Shown here piece by piece: positions 29,156 to 39,297 of a stretch of DNA of 64,000 nucleotides; positions within the stretch are counted from its first letter, which is position 1, and each line of letters starts with the position of its first letter. Source of the DNA: Nitrospinales bacterium. GTDB taxonomy: Bacteria > Nitrospinota > Nitrospinia > Nitrospinales > VA-1. The stretch covers positions 544,001-608,000 of the forward strand of contig CBDCXL010000001.1 of assembly GCA_965223795.1 (NCBI GenBank), written 5' to 3'. The notes under the pieces are model-generated. The model did not search any database, was not told the origin of the DNA, and saw only the letters and a program-made list of their open reading frames with translations. The translations under genes were made by a program, and so were the position numbers.

Positions 29156-29350
29156 TCAATCTTCCTTTTTTTCAATACCCTTGATGATGGACCGGCCTTG
29201 CGGAGCGTTGTTTCTAAGGTGCTCCCGGACCAGCATGACCGCATGGTTGTCGTCCATCGCTTTCATGAAATAACAAAACTCATCTTCGGCATCGTCCTTT
29301 TCATGTTTCAACACACCGGAAATTTTAAAGCAGAATTGTTTGGGCGGCAC
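29156..29350 (-). CDS. Small hypothetical protein (64 aa)
   Basis: GGAG RBS before GTG; protein-like composition. Confidence 0.55.
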   Translation of the reverse strand: MPPKQFCFKISGVLKHEKDDAEDEFCYFMKAMDDNHAVMLVREHLRNNAPQGRSIIKGIEKKED

Positions 29351-29552
29351 GGTTCACTCCAATCCTTTGCCTGAATTTAACAATCGCATCCCTGCCTGTT
29401 TTGCACTGTAGCTATAGCATAATTTCAGCAATCCGGCGCATCCGTTAAAGCCGCCCGGTTCGCCGCACGCCGATCTCACGGATCTTGTAATTCCCAATGC
29501 CCCCGGCAAGAATCGGTCGTTTTTTAAAACAGGAGCCCTCATGGAGAAACAA

Positions 29553-29672
29553 TCCATGCATGGTCCATGCATGGAAAACCCGGCATCCCGCTTCCACGCC
29601 ACAGCGGTTGAACGCCTAACTTTCCGCTTTAAAAGGAAAATCCCGTTCCTTGCATTTGGTATGCAAATTGAA
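29553..29672 (+). promoter_or_regulatory. Sigma54-like promoter with CCATGCATGG tandem palindrome
   Basis: TCCATGCATGGTCCATGCATGGA 29553-29575; TGGTAT-GCAAA-TTGAA 29657-29672 (imperfect -12). Confidence 0.5.
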
Positions 29673-29736
29673 GCTTAAAGCATCAGGCAGGAGGAGCGTT
29701 TAATCCATTGTGGCAATGGGGGTGCAACCACCTGGC

Positions 29737-30066
29737 ATGAGAAAAATAAAAACCATCTCATTCATATTGATACTGTCCCTGCTTCTGGTTTCCGCAAATG
29801 GTTCGGGTTACAGTTTTGAATACAACGGTGGTGTTCCGCTGACGCCGCCTCGTTCTATGAGTCCGGATACGGGCAACGGCAAAGAATTGTTGAAGAAAGA
29901 AACCCCGCTCAAAAAAGTGGACGCCATTTTTGAGATGAACCTTCTCGAGCTGATGAAAATGGACGTTTTTAATGCGCAACATCCCGGCCCGGAGCGGAAT
30001 CGGGAACATGCAGGCCCTAACGTCAAACCGGAAAAGACGCAACAAGATCCATCGGGCATTGAATGA
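29737..30066 (+). CDS. Small secreted hypothetical protein
   Basis: Signal peptide MRKIKTISFILILSLLLV; IFEMNLLELMKMDV motif. Confidence 0.6.
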   Translation: MRKIKTISFILILSLLLVSANGSGYSFEYNGGVPLTPPRSMSPDTGNGKELLKKETPLKKVDAIFEMNLLELMKMDVFNAQHPGPERNREHAGPNVKPEKTQQDPSGIE

Positions 30067-30410
30067 ACTCGAAATTCAAGGGAAATTGAATCCATCCGCA
30101 TCAATTCGCATAATCCCGCGATTTGACCGCTTCGGCATATTCTAGACTTTTGACACCGCCTGCATGCCAATAAATCCCAATCCGCTTGCACAGGTGTATT
30201 CGCGTCAGGCTGCCCCAGGCCTTGCAGGCCGGACCCGCAGGAAGTGTTTTTTCAGTTGCCATTCCTGCGATGGTGACCGCAAACAATAGAGAGATCGATC
30301 CTCCGCCTTCACGCATTCCCTCTTTTCCCAAACACGATGAAGTTTTTTCAATCAACGACTTGATAATTAGTTATACTGCTAGTGTAAATGTATCTAGTGC
30401 CCGTCCGGAA

Positions 30411-31415
30411 ATGAATTCCGGACAATCCGCGTTTCCTCACAAACCCAGAGGTGTGGTGGAAAACAAGGCGCAAACAAAACAAAACCGGCCCATCCGCCGG
30501 ATCGCGTTTGGCTGGCTGGCTGGCGCCTTGCTCATTTTTTGCGCGTGTTCCCGCTCTGGCGATAGTTCCCTTTATTCCCCTGAAGAACTCAATCAGCTTC
30601 GGCGAAATTTCCAGGTCACGGAAAACATCATCGCCGAGCTGAAGCAGATCCATAAAAAGACCAAAACCCGGCCGCGCCCGAGAAAAATCGAAATCACCCA
30701 GCGCCAGCCCCGGCATGTGCTGCACAAAGCCAAACTGATCGAACTGTCGGTCCAGAACATGCGGTCCCACAAAGGACTGGAAGCGCAACTGCATCCTTTC
30801 GTCCACGACAAAAAAGTCGTGCCCACGGAAGTCTTTCAACTGATCGATAAAATCCACCGCGATGTGCGCGAACTGCGCCGTGCTCACGGCATCGAGGCGG
30901 AATCGGAACCGGCGGCCTTGCCGAAAAAAGCCCTGCCCCAGGATGTTTACATCAATCTGGAACGCATCAACCGCATGATCCTCGGCATCGACCATCGCAC
31001 CATCCGTCCGGACGACGTGCACCACTTTGCCTCCAGGATCGTGCTGAGACTGCGTCAACTGCGCAGTCACAGAGGCGTCACCACGCCGGTCGCCGTCCTG
31101 CCACACTCCCGGGAGAAGCACCCCCGCGATGTCTACAAGAAAGCGCACGTCCTGCATGAGAGGCTGAAACGGCTCTACGAAAAGCAGAATCATTCCATTT
31201 TCGGCGGTGTCGTGCTGTTGAACAAAAAGAACACCCGCATCATTCCCAACGATGTGATGGACGTGCTGGTGAATATCATGGCCGATGTGGAAGCGATGAG
31301 CGCCTCCATGCCGCTGAAGCCGACGCCGGCCATACTGCTGCCCGAACATATAACGCCTTCCACGGCTTACGATATGATCCGCGAAGGGATTGCGGTTGTG
31401 GAGACGATGCTGTGA
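30411..31415 (+). CDS. Putative lipoprotein with six repeated P-x-D-V helical units
   Basis: Hydrophobic stretch ending IFCAC; repeats VVPTEVF, ALPQDVY, IRPDDVH, KHPRDVY, IIPNDVM, ITPSTAY; start uncertain; overlaps kinase by 4 bp. Confidence 0.6.
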   Translation: MNSGQSAFPHKPRGVVENKAQTKQNRPIRRIAFGWLAGALLIFCACSRSGDSSLYSPEELNQLRRNFQVTENIIAELKQIHKKTKTRPRPRKIEITQRQPRHVLHKAKLIELSVQNMRSHKGLEAQLHPFVHDKKVVPTEVFQLIDKIHRDVRELRRAHGIEAESEPAALPKKALPQDVYINLERINRMILGIDHRTIRPDDVHHFASRIVLRLRQLRSHRGVTTPVAVLPHSREKHPRDVYKKAHVLHERLKRLYEKQNHSIFGGVVLLNKKNTRIIPNDVMDVLVNIMADVEAMSASMPLKPTPAILLPEHITPSTAYDMIREGIAVVETML

Positions 31416-33484
31416 ACGCACCTGCCCAATACGGCGAATCCCGCTTTCCGGTGCTGTTTTTATACATCACGGCATTCATCTGTGTGCTGCCGTTCGGGCT
31501 CAATCTGGCGGGAATCGATTTCGGTTCGGAAGTACACGGATTTCACGTCGAGGAAATCGCGTCCTGGGGCATCAGCGGCGCGGCCCTGGCCGATGAAATG
31601 TTTTACACCCTCACCGGCGCTCTGGAGCACGGTCTGCTGGAATGGAGCGCGGTCAGCGTGGCGGCGCTCACCATTCTGCTGGCGTTTTCCCATTTCGCAA
31701 CCAATAAAGATGTCACAACCCCCATCATCGGCATCGCGCTGTTCTGCTCCGGCGCCATGGACGCCTTTCACACCCTGGCGGCCATGCGGCTGACCGACGC
31801 AGTCGCGGACAACAGCAGTGTCATTCCCTTCACCTGGGCGTTGTCGCGCACGTTCAACGCAGCCATTCTCATCGTGGGGGTGCTGATCTGTCTGAGACTG
31901 AAGGTCACAAGCACCCGCACCAGCATGACAACGATTCTGACCGTGGGGTTTTTCTTCGTCGGCCTGGCGTATTTTTTGATTACCTACACCGCTTCCAATG
32001 AAAACCTGCCTGTCACCCAATATCCAGACGCTTTCATCAAACGGCCTTACGATGTGGCTCCGCTGGTCCTGTTCATCCTGGCGGCGCCGATTTTCTGGAA
32101 ACTGTACCGCCAGAATTCGAACCTGCTCACGGCATCGCTGATCATCGCCCTCGTCCCAGGAATCGTGCTGGAAGCCCACATGGCGTTCGGCTCGTCCACC
32201 CTGTTCGACAATCATTTCAACATCGCCCATTTCCTCAAGATCGTCGCTTACTTCGTGCCCTTCATGGGTCTGGTGCTGGACTACATCGGCACGCACAAGA
32301 AATTGACGTTCGTGATCGACGACCTGAAAGTCTCGAACGAAAAGATCAAACGAATCAGCGCAGATCTTGTGGAAAGCCAGCGCCGCGCCTTTGCGATCGT
32401 GAGCAACGCCGCAGACGGCATCATCACCATCGATCAGCAAGGCCTCATCGATCAATTCAACACCGCCGCCGAGCGAATTTTCGGTTACAAAGAAGATGAG
32501 GTTTTAGGAAAAAACGTGAAGATGCTGATGCCGGAACCCCATCGCAGCGAACACGACGGCTATCTGGCCAATTACCTGAAAACCCGAAATAGCAACATCA
32601 TCGGGGTTGAAAGGGAACTCAGCGGACTGAAAAAAGACGGGACTCAGTTTCCCCTGACGATCGCCGTGAGTGAGATCCAAATTGAAAACCATACTCTGTT
32701 CACAGGCATCGTGCGGGACATCACCGAGCAGAAAAAAATGGAAAAAGAACGGGTCGATTTGATTGCCAGCCTGCGCGAAACAAACGATGAGCTGGAGGAA
32801 TTCGCTTACAGAACCTCGCACGACCTCAAGGCGCCGCTGGTCAATATCCGGGGATTGAGCAACATCATGAAGGAGGATCTGAATGACGGCGACTATGAGG
32901 AGGTTTTCACCAACATCGACAAACTCGGCTCCCTGTCCTTGAAACTGGAACATCTCGTGGAAGACATCGTCGAAGTGGCGAAGATCGATCATGCGAACGA
33001 CGCCATTGAAGAAGTGGACGTCGCCGAGGAAGTTAATTTGATCAAAGAAAGCCTCGACACTTTTATTCAGGAAAAACAGGTGGACGTGCGCGTGGTCATT
33101 GAAAGCGCAAAACCCATAAGGGTTCAAAAAAGCATCCTTCAAGGCGTGCTGGAAAACCTGATGTCCAACGCCGTCAAATATTCCGACCCGGAAAAACCCG
33201 AGCGCTTCGTCAAAGTGACCGTTTCGGAATCAAACGGCGGCGCCCGCATCCAGATTTCAGACAACGGGCTCGGCATTCCTCAGGAATACCACGGCCAAAT
33301 GTTCGGCATGTTCAAACGCTTTCACAAACAGTCGTCGTTCGGAAGCGGGCTGGGTCTGTATCTGGTCAAAAAGAATCTCGGCAAGATCAAAGGCACGATC
33401 GGTTTTGAAAGCAGTCCCGAGGGAACCGTGTTCACGATCGACCTTCCCTTTGCAAACCGGAACGCCGCGAAACATTCCTGCTGA
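31412..33484 (+). CDS. Multi-TM (MASE-like) PAS histidine kinase
   Basis: Several TM helices; FixL-like PAS (LMPEPHRSEHDGYL); TSHDLKAPL, NAVKY, DNGLG, GSGLGL. Confidence 0.9.
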   Translation: MNAPAQYGESRFPVLFLYITAFICVLPFGLNLAGIDFGSEVHGFHVEEIASWGISGAALADEMFYTLTGALEHGLLEWSAVSVAALTILLAFSHFATNKDVTTPIIGIALFCSGAMDAFHTLAAMRLTDAVADNSSVIPFTWALSRTFNAAILIVGVLICLRLKVTSTRTSMTTILTVGFFFVGLAYFLITYTASNENLPVTQYPDAFIKRPYDVAPLVLFILAAPIFWKLYRQNSNLLTASLIIALVPGIVLEAHMAFGSSTLFDNHFNIAHFLKIVAYFVPFMGLVLDYIGTHKKLTFVIDDLKVSNEKIKRISADLVESQRRAFAIVSNAADGIITIDQQGLIDQFNTAAERIFGYKEDEVLGKNVKMLMPEPHRSEHDGYLANYLKTRNSNIIGVERELSGLKKDGTQFPLTIAVSEIQIENHTLFTGIVRDITEQKKMEKERVDLIASLRETNDELEEFAYRTSHDLKAPLVNIRGLSNIMKEDLNDGDYEEVFTNIDKLGSLSLKLEHLVEDIVEVAKIDHANDAIEEVDVAEEVNLIKESLDTFIQEKQVDVRVVIESAKPIRVQKSILQGVLENLMSNAVKYSDPEKPERFVKVTVSESNGGARIQISDNGLGIPQEYHGQMFGMFKRFHKQSSFGSGLGLYLVKKNLGKIKGTIGFESSPEGTVFTIDLPFANRNAAKHSC

Positions 33485-33486
33485 TC

Positions 33487-33897
33487 TCATTCCACCATTT
33501 TTATAATGGTGTCCAGGTATTCGGCGGTGAACGGCTTGACGAAATAGCCTTTCACTTCAGCGAAATTGGAAGCCTTTTCCTTATCTTTATCCTGGTTGGA
33601 GGAAGTCAGCATCATGACGATCGCGCTTTGCTTTATTTCCAGCGGCAGTTTGGCGTATTCCTGCAAAAACTCGAATCCGTCCATGCGCGGCATGTTGATG
33701 TCCAGGATGATGGCCACCGGCGGGAAATTTCCGTCGAATTTCTTTTTGCTCTCTTCCAATTGCTTGAAGTGATCGATCGCTTCCTGTCCGTCTTCAAAGG
33801 AATAAAACGTTTCGACCAGTCCGGACTTTTTGATGATTCTGCTGACCTGATACACGTCGATCTCATTGTCATCCACCATACACAGTGATTTCAGCAT
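33487..33897 (-). CDS. Single-domain response regulator
   Basis: VDD, LDINMPRMDG, LTSS, VKP. Confidence 0.92.
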   Translation of the reverse strand: MLKSLCMVDDNEIDVYQVSRIIKKSGLVETFYSFEDGQEAIDHFKQLEESKKKFDGNFPPVAIILDINMPRMDGFEFLQEYAKLPLEIKQSAIVMMLTSSNQDKDKEKASNFAEVKGYFVKPFTAEYLDTIIKMVE

Positions 33898-34156
33898 CGT
33901 GCCCCTCCATTCAGGTCTGAAATTTTAATAGAATCTGACTCTTCGCAGGTGACGAAACAATCAATTGGGTCAGGATCAGAGAATTTTTGAACTAAAGGGA
34001 AGAAAGGCCGGAAGCTGCGCGACACCGGTATGGACCGCATCCGGCCGATTAAGGAAGCATATACAATGAACGGATTAAAGTAAACCACCCGGCGTGAAGA
34101 AATCATCCGGACGGACAAGGCGCGCGGGCCGTCTTGAGTCCGCACGCGTTAAGGCT

Positions 34157-34636
34157 TCAGTGGGTGTGCAGTGAGATGTCGATCTGCTTGCCGGTTTCTT
34201 TGAACGCGAACACCGCTTCGGCGTAATCGGGGGCGCCGAAATACGAGACGGGGTTGTTGGAGATGCCGATGGCCTCCCGGGGAATGCCGAGAAAGCCCCG
34301 GGTCATTTCGCCGCTGTTGTCCGCATCGTGAACGACGGTCACCACGTATTCGCCAAATGCGACGCCTTCGATCACGATTTCCATGATTTCATGCGTGACC
34401 TCTCCGGTGACGGAGCGCACCGCCTTGCTGGAATCGAGAGGATAGCCCTCCTCGGAATCGAATATATTGACGATGAACTGCCCGCTGCCGCTTTTGAATC
34501 CTTTCGCCATGACGACGAGTTTGCCGGCAGTGTTTGCCTTGCCGGTTTTCGGCTCCGCCTGCGCCGAACCCGCAAGCGTCAGCAAAACGGCGAGCCCCAA
34601 CAGGGCGTGTATCCCTGAAACTATCTTTTTAAGCAC
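34157..34636 (-). CDS. DUF2141 family protein
   Basis: GEYVVTVVHDADNSGEM..GFLGIPREAIGISNN; GGAGG RBS before GTG 34636. Confidence 0.8.
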   Translation of the reverse strand: MLKKIVSGIHALLGLAVLLTLAGSAQAEPKTGKANTAGKLVVMAKGFKSGSGQFIVNIFDSEEGYPLDSSKAVRSVTGEVTHEIMEIVIEGVAFGEYVVTVVHDADNSGEMTRGFLGIPREAIGISNNPVSYFGAPDYAEAVFAFKETGKQIDISLHTH

Positions 34637-35027
34637 GTTCACCTCCCGATCGATGTCCATTGAGATCCTGGGGATCCCCTCTTGTTGAGATAAAAAGCAT
34701 AGCACGCATTGACGCCGAACCTGCCTCAATCCGCTGATTTTTCCTTCTGTCCCCGCGGCAGTCACGCATTCCGTATTCCGGCCGGATGCCGGAATCGTCG
34801 GGCGGATGAACGGGAAGCTGTGTACCCGGCCCTGGTCCCGGACCGGGTTCCCTACTCCTAAGTTCGTGTTGCCAAACGGCCTTCGCCGATCCCTAAGGAT
34901 CGCGGCCGGCGGGATTCGCGGCGTTGGCGAATACCCGTCATCAAGTTGCAATATAGAATAGAAATTTTCTTACAAATTTGGGATAATTTGACATTCGTCT
35001 CATCCGGAACATACGAGCCCAACGATC

Positions 35028-36155
35028 ATGACGCACTCACGACAAACCCAAGAAGGCCCTGTAGTCAAACGGATTCTGAGTTGTCTGCTGTTCCTGGCGG
35101 TGTTCGCCGCCCCGGCGCTGACGCCTTCGGCCGCCGCCAATACCTTCGACGATGAAATGTACTGGTCGGGCGACACGGACGATTTTCAATCCAACAGCCT
35201 GTCCGCGGCCGAGCCGGACCGCAATAATTTTGAGGAACCGGAAGTCGAAATGGAACTGGAAACGGATGCAGAGCCCACGCCCGAATACCGCAAGGCCCAG
35301 TTCCGCAAGATCATCGCCGTATCCCGGTTCGAAAACCGCACCACCGCGGCGGGGCAGATCAACCTGGGCAGCGGCATGTCGGACCAGCTCACCAACGCGC
35401 TGGTGCAGAGCGACAATTTCATCGTCCTGGAGCGGCAGGGGCTGGCGGACGTGCTGAAAGAACAGGATTTCGCCCGCAGCGGCCGCGCGGCGCAAGGTTC
35501 CGTGGCACGTACCGGGCAGGCCATCTCCGCGCAGATTCTCATCAAGGGAACGGTCACGGAATTCGCGGAAAACGAGGCGGGCGGCGGCGCCGGCATCAGC
35601 TTCAAGGGTTTCACCGTGGGCACCGAGAGCGTCGAATCCCATGTGGCGCTCATCCTGCGCATCATCGACACCACCACCGGGCAGGTGCTGGATTCCGTAC
35701 GGCTGGAAGGCAAGGCCAAGGGTTCCGGATATAAGTTCGGGGTGGCCTACATGGGCTTCGGGTTCGACGCGGAAAAATTCAAAAACACCGCCCTGAGCAA
35801 GGCCGTGCAGCTTGTGATCGACAACGCCGTCGAAATGATCGCCAACAATCTCAACGAACTGCCGTTTGAGGGGAAAATCGTCAAGGTGAAGGACGACACC
35901 TATTACACCAACATCGGCGCACGCAACCGGGTGTCGGGGGGCGATGTGTTCGATGTGTATTCCCCGGAAGATGAACTGATCGACCCGGACACCGGCGAAA
36001 ACCTCGGCTCGCTGCGCAAAAAGGTGGGCACCGTGGTGATTTCCATGCCGGAAGAAAAGTATTCCAAGGCATTCGCCAGCCAGGGGCAGGCTTTCAAGAA
36101 AGGCTATATCCTGCGCGAACGGCCGCAGGACCGGGAGTTCGCGGAAAACTTCTGA
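35028..36155 (+). CDS. CsgG/HfaB-family protein with FlgT-C-like domain
   Basis: IAVSRFEN, LVQSDNFIVLER..L..VLKEQ, IKGTVTEF, LRIIDTTTGQV; C-terminal LIDPDTGENLG. Confidence 0.8.
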   Translation: MTHSRQTQEGPVVKRILSCLLFLAVFAAPALTPSAAANTFDDEMYWSGDTDDFQSNSLSAAEPDRNNFEEPEVEMELETDAEPTPEYRKAQFRKIIAVSRFENRTTAAGQINLGSGMSDQLTNALVQSDNFIVLERQGLADVLKEQDFARSGRAAQGSVARTGQAISAQILIKGTVTEFAENEAGGGAGISFKGFTVGTESVESHVALILRIIDTTTGQVLDSVRLEGKAKGSGYKFGVAYMGFGFDAEKFKNTALSKAVQLVIDNAVEMIANNLNELPFEGKIVKVKDDTYYTNIGARNRVSGGDVFDVYSPEDELIDPDTGENLGSLRKKVGTVVISMPEEKYSKAFASQGQAFKKGYILRERPQDREFAENF

Positions 36156-36197
36156 TCCCGGGCAAAAAAAACCGGGCCCTTGCGGGCCCGGAAGATG

Positions 36198-36632
36198 TCA
36201 CCTCACCGTCGTCTGCGGCCGGGTGACCGTCACCTCGGGCCGCGATTCCAGGTTGCGGGGCGGCGGCGGAACGGCGTAGAGATCGTCCTCTTCCTCATCA
36301 TCCTGCAATTGCTCATCCAGGTCGACCGGTTCCGGCTCAGCGTGTTTCCAGCGGTTGAGCGCCTTTTGCCGGCATTTCACGCGCATTTCTTTTAGTTCGA
36401 GACGGCACTGGGATTTGGCCTTGCCAAATTTGGAACGGCAGTCCCTGGCTTTGACGCTCAGCTTGTGCCCGGTGCAATCCTGTATTCTCGCTTCGAACTC
36501 CGGCAATTTTTCCCTTTGGAACAACGTCTGAGCCAACAGGATCGGCTCATGGTTTGTCTCGGCGCTGACGGGAACAACGCAAAGCCCCATCATCAAGCTA
36601 AAAGCAATATTCACTGCGATCCACGGACGCAT
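36198..36632 (-). CDS. Secreted hypothetical protein with Cys-containing basic domain and acidic tail
   Basis: Signal peptide from MRPWIAV; hairpin 36172-36191 between convergent genes. Confidence 0.55.
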   Translation of the reverse strand: MRPWIAVNIAFSLMMGLCVVPVSAETNHEPILLAQTLFQREKLPEFEARIQDCTGHKLSVKARDCRSKFGKAKSQCRLELKEMRVKCRQKALNRWKHAEPEPVDLDEQLQDDEEEDDLYAVPPPPRNLESRPEVTVTRPQTTVR

Positions 36633-37333
36633 TTCATTCTCCCAAGCCGAAAGGTTGTCTGCAGAAATCGTATTCCGGCACATACGGATACGCGCTGCGG
36701 GTGTTGCCTGTCCTATTATTTTAGCGTTTTGATGCGGGTTTGACGCGCTTTTCTTTCGCTCCTCCGCGCAATTGCCTCGATCCGGGTAGGCCGCAATCAA
36801 ATATGCCTCCATTTTTCAATAGCATGCCCAGCAATTTCGACACAGGGGAAAACCGCCGCACAGGGAGCTTTTACCCTTACGAAGCGGTGCACGAATGAAC
36901 TTAAATTTAACAAAGTTTGTGATAAAAGTCCTAATATTATGTGATTTTTTACCTCGGCATCGAACGCGCATGCCCCTATAGTGAGGGCGGAGAAAAAGAC
37001 TGGAAATCGGGGACATCGGATCGCGAGGCCTCTGCGAGGCAGCCGGATGCAAGGGATTCCACCCCCGCAGATCAGTGAGGAGGAAACGCCATGGAAACGG
37101 CAAAATCAATCAGGGGGACGGCTTTTCCAGCCCAGGCCGACACCCGGGTGGACGCCATGCAATTTCTGCAAATGTTCACCGAAATCTTCAAACGCACTGA
37201 CGACGACAGCCGCCCGGCAAGCGGAAAGACGTTCACCCAAAACAGCTGCGCCGGGAAAGCGGTGCGGCAGCACCGGGAAATCCGTCTCGCCCTCAAAACA
37301 CCCCGGCACGACCTGCTGCCGGAGTGAGGCCCG

Positions 37334-38416
37334 ATGTTCCGTCAACTGGCAGGCCCCACGGAAAAAGGCGCGGACAGACTGTTCCGTCAGCATCCGCTGG
37401 AGTTGAACGCGCTTTTGGAGCAATCCTGGAAGCTCGGCATCCGCGGCTGTCCCGATCATGCTCATCCGTTGAACCGGGGAATTCTGGAAGGGATGCCGGA
37501 CCGCTGGCTCGCCTCCGCAAAGCTGGGCCCGAATCCGGAACCCCCCGTTGCCGGGAAACGTGAGGCGAAGCCGGTCCTCTGGGATCACCTCATCTACGCG
37601 TTCATGATCGAAAACACCGGGATCTACGAGGTCTTCCGCAAAGTGCTGCACGCCTATCTGCACGGTGAGGAACTGGGCTTTCCCCTGGAAGACGCCGTGC
37701 CCTGGCTGCGCAGCACGGAGGCGCTGTTCTACCAGAACGGCCCGCCGTTTTTCATTCATTCCCTGACCAGCACGATCCGGCCCAGCCTGTGCTCCAGCCG
37801 CCGCGGGGCGTATTACCGCATGTTCGGCATCGAATTGAGCCACCCAGGAGAATCCGACCGTTCTTTCGAAAAAGCCAAAGAGGCGAACACGCAGTTCGGG
37901 TTCACGTTCGAGGAATTTCTGCGGGAAGTGTGGGTGGGCATGAATGAAGTGCAGGGAAGCGAGGACCGGCAGACCAGCGACCGCAAGATCGCTTCGCTGG
38001 CCCGGAAGCTGCGCGGCATGCTGTCGATGCGCCGAAGCGGCGGGAACCTGGCGCGCGAGGAGTTTTTTTTCGTCTCCATGATGTCCTGGTTCCACCTGAC
38101 GCTGGAATACGATTCCCCCATCGTCCGCACTCTGGGCGCGCAGGCGGCGAGCCCGGGCAGGCGTCTGCAACGCATCGCCGAAAAGGTGGGCGTCCCGGCG
38201 CACGCGCTGGCGGCGGATTTTTTCGACATCGCGGACGCGATCTCGAGGATTCTGCTGCAGATCGAAACCGGTACCTACGACCATGCCGAGGCCGCGCCGG
38301 CGCTGTACATTCCCGTGCAGGGCGGCGGTCCCGAACAGGACATCCGCACCATCATCACGCACTGGTCCATCACCCACCTGCACGCGCTCAAGTTCGACAA
38401 AGTGCCGGCGAACTGA
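37334..38416 (+). CDS. Hypothetical protein (360 aa), unassigned
   Basis: Long ORF, host-like codon usage; WDHLIYAFMIENT, WLRSTEALFY, AYYRMFG blocks. Confidence 0.75.
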   Translation: MFRQLAGPTEKGADRLFRQHPLELNALLEQSWKLGIRGCPDHAHPLNRGILEGMPDRWLASAKLGPNPEPPVAGKREAKPVLWDHLIYAFMIENTGIYEVFRKVLHAYLHGEELGFPLEDAVPWLRSTEALFYQNGPPFFIHSLTSTIRPSLCSSRRGAYYRMFGIELSHPGESDRSFEKAKEANTQFGFTFEEFLREVWVGMNEVQGSEDRQTSDRKIASLARKLRGMLSMRRSGGNLAREEFFFVSMMSWFHLTLEYDSPIVRTLGAQAASPGRRLQRIAEKVGVPAHALAADFFDIADAISRILLQIETGTYDHAEAAPALYIPVQGGGPEQDIRTIITHWSITHLHALKFDKVPAN

Positions 38417-38425
38417 GAGAGTCGT

Positions 38426-39010
38426 TCAGCTTTTGCTCTTGTCCAGCTTTGTGATCTTGGAGCCTTCCAGGGTGAGGTTGTACATGAGGCCCTGCTGACC
38501 GAACACGAAAGCCACGATCGGATCCTTGACATTGACCGTGTCGAGCGAATCCCCCAGGCCGACCTTGATCAACGCCACCGAACCGTCCACGCCCACTTTC
38601 CAGCCTTCGCTGGTGCGGAAATTTTTGAGCGCGTCGTTTTCCATGAACACCAGCATCACGGTCTTCGCCTGCGCTCCCAGTTGAAAGCCGAACGACGCCG
38701 CGACGGTGTTGTAGTAATCGACGGTTTTCCCGTTGATGCGCAATGCGCCCTCGCCGTATTCCCCGCCGATGCCGATGCCGGCCTTGATCACGGTGGGAAA
38801 GACGAGCACGCCTTTGGCTCCTTTCAGAAAGGCCTCGCTGCCCTTGATCTCTTTTTTGAATTTGTTCAGGGCTTCGGTCACCTCGGTGTCGATTTCCTCG
38901 GCGGTTTTGGCCGCGGCGGTGCTCACAAACACCCCGGCGAGCAGCCAGGCGGCAAAAAACGGAACGACGACGAACAGGACAGCCCAATGCAAACGCGATG
39001 CTTGTTTCAT
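38426..39010 (-). CDS. YSC84/SYLF-like lipid-binding protein
   Basis: AKGVLVFP..IKAGIGIGGEYGEG, SFGFQLGAQ, GLMYNLTLEGSKITK. Confidence 0.85.
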   Translation of the reverse strand: MKQASRLHWAVLFVVVPFFAAWLLAGVFVSTAAAKTAEEIDTEVTEALNKFKKEIKGSEAFLKGAKGVLVFPTVIKAGIGIGGEYGEGALRINGKTVDYYNTVAASFGFQLGAQAKTVMLVFMENDALKNFRTSEGWKVGVDGSVALIKVGLGDSLDTVNVKDPIVAFVFGQQGLMYNLTLEGSKITKLDKSKS

Positions 39011-39045
39011 AATCAATGCCTCCTTTCAACCTCGAATACACACAC

Positions 39046-39297
39046 TCAGGACCTCTTCAAAAGGCCCACCACGAACAACAAGGCAATGGCTCCGGCGGTG
39101 GCCATCACCAGCGCCCCCACGAACCCGCCGGCCGAAATTCCCAGAATGCTGAATAAAAATCCGCCGAAGTAAGCGCCGAGGACACCGATCACCAGATCGC
39201 CCACCAGCCCGAAACCGCGGCCTTTCATCACCTTGCCGGCGATCAGCCCGGCCAGCACACCGATGATCAAAAACGCAATCAAGCCCATTCCGTCCAT
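39046..39297 (-). CDS. GlsB/YeaQ/YmgE transglycosylase-associated membrane protein
   Basis: IIGVLAGLIA..VM.G.G.GLVGDLVIGVLGA; ATAGAIALL. Confidence 0.88.
   Translation of the reverse strand: MDGMGLIAFLIIGVLAGLIAGKVMKGRGFGLVGDLVIGVLGAYFGGFLFSILGISAGGFVGALVMATAGAIALLFVVGLLKRS

Noticed and set aside
34700..34960. Possible decayed oxidoreductase fragment (EREAVYPALV...RIPVIKL)
   Set aside because: Similarity too weak to support without a search
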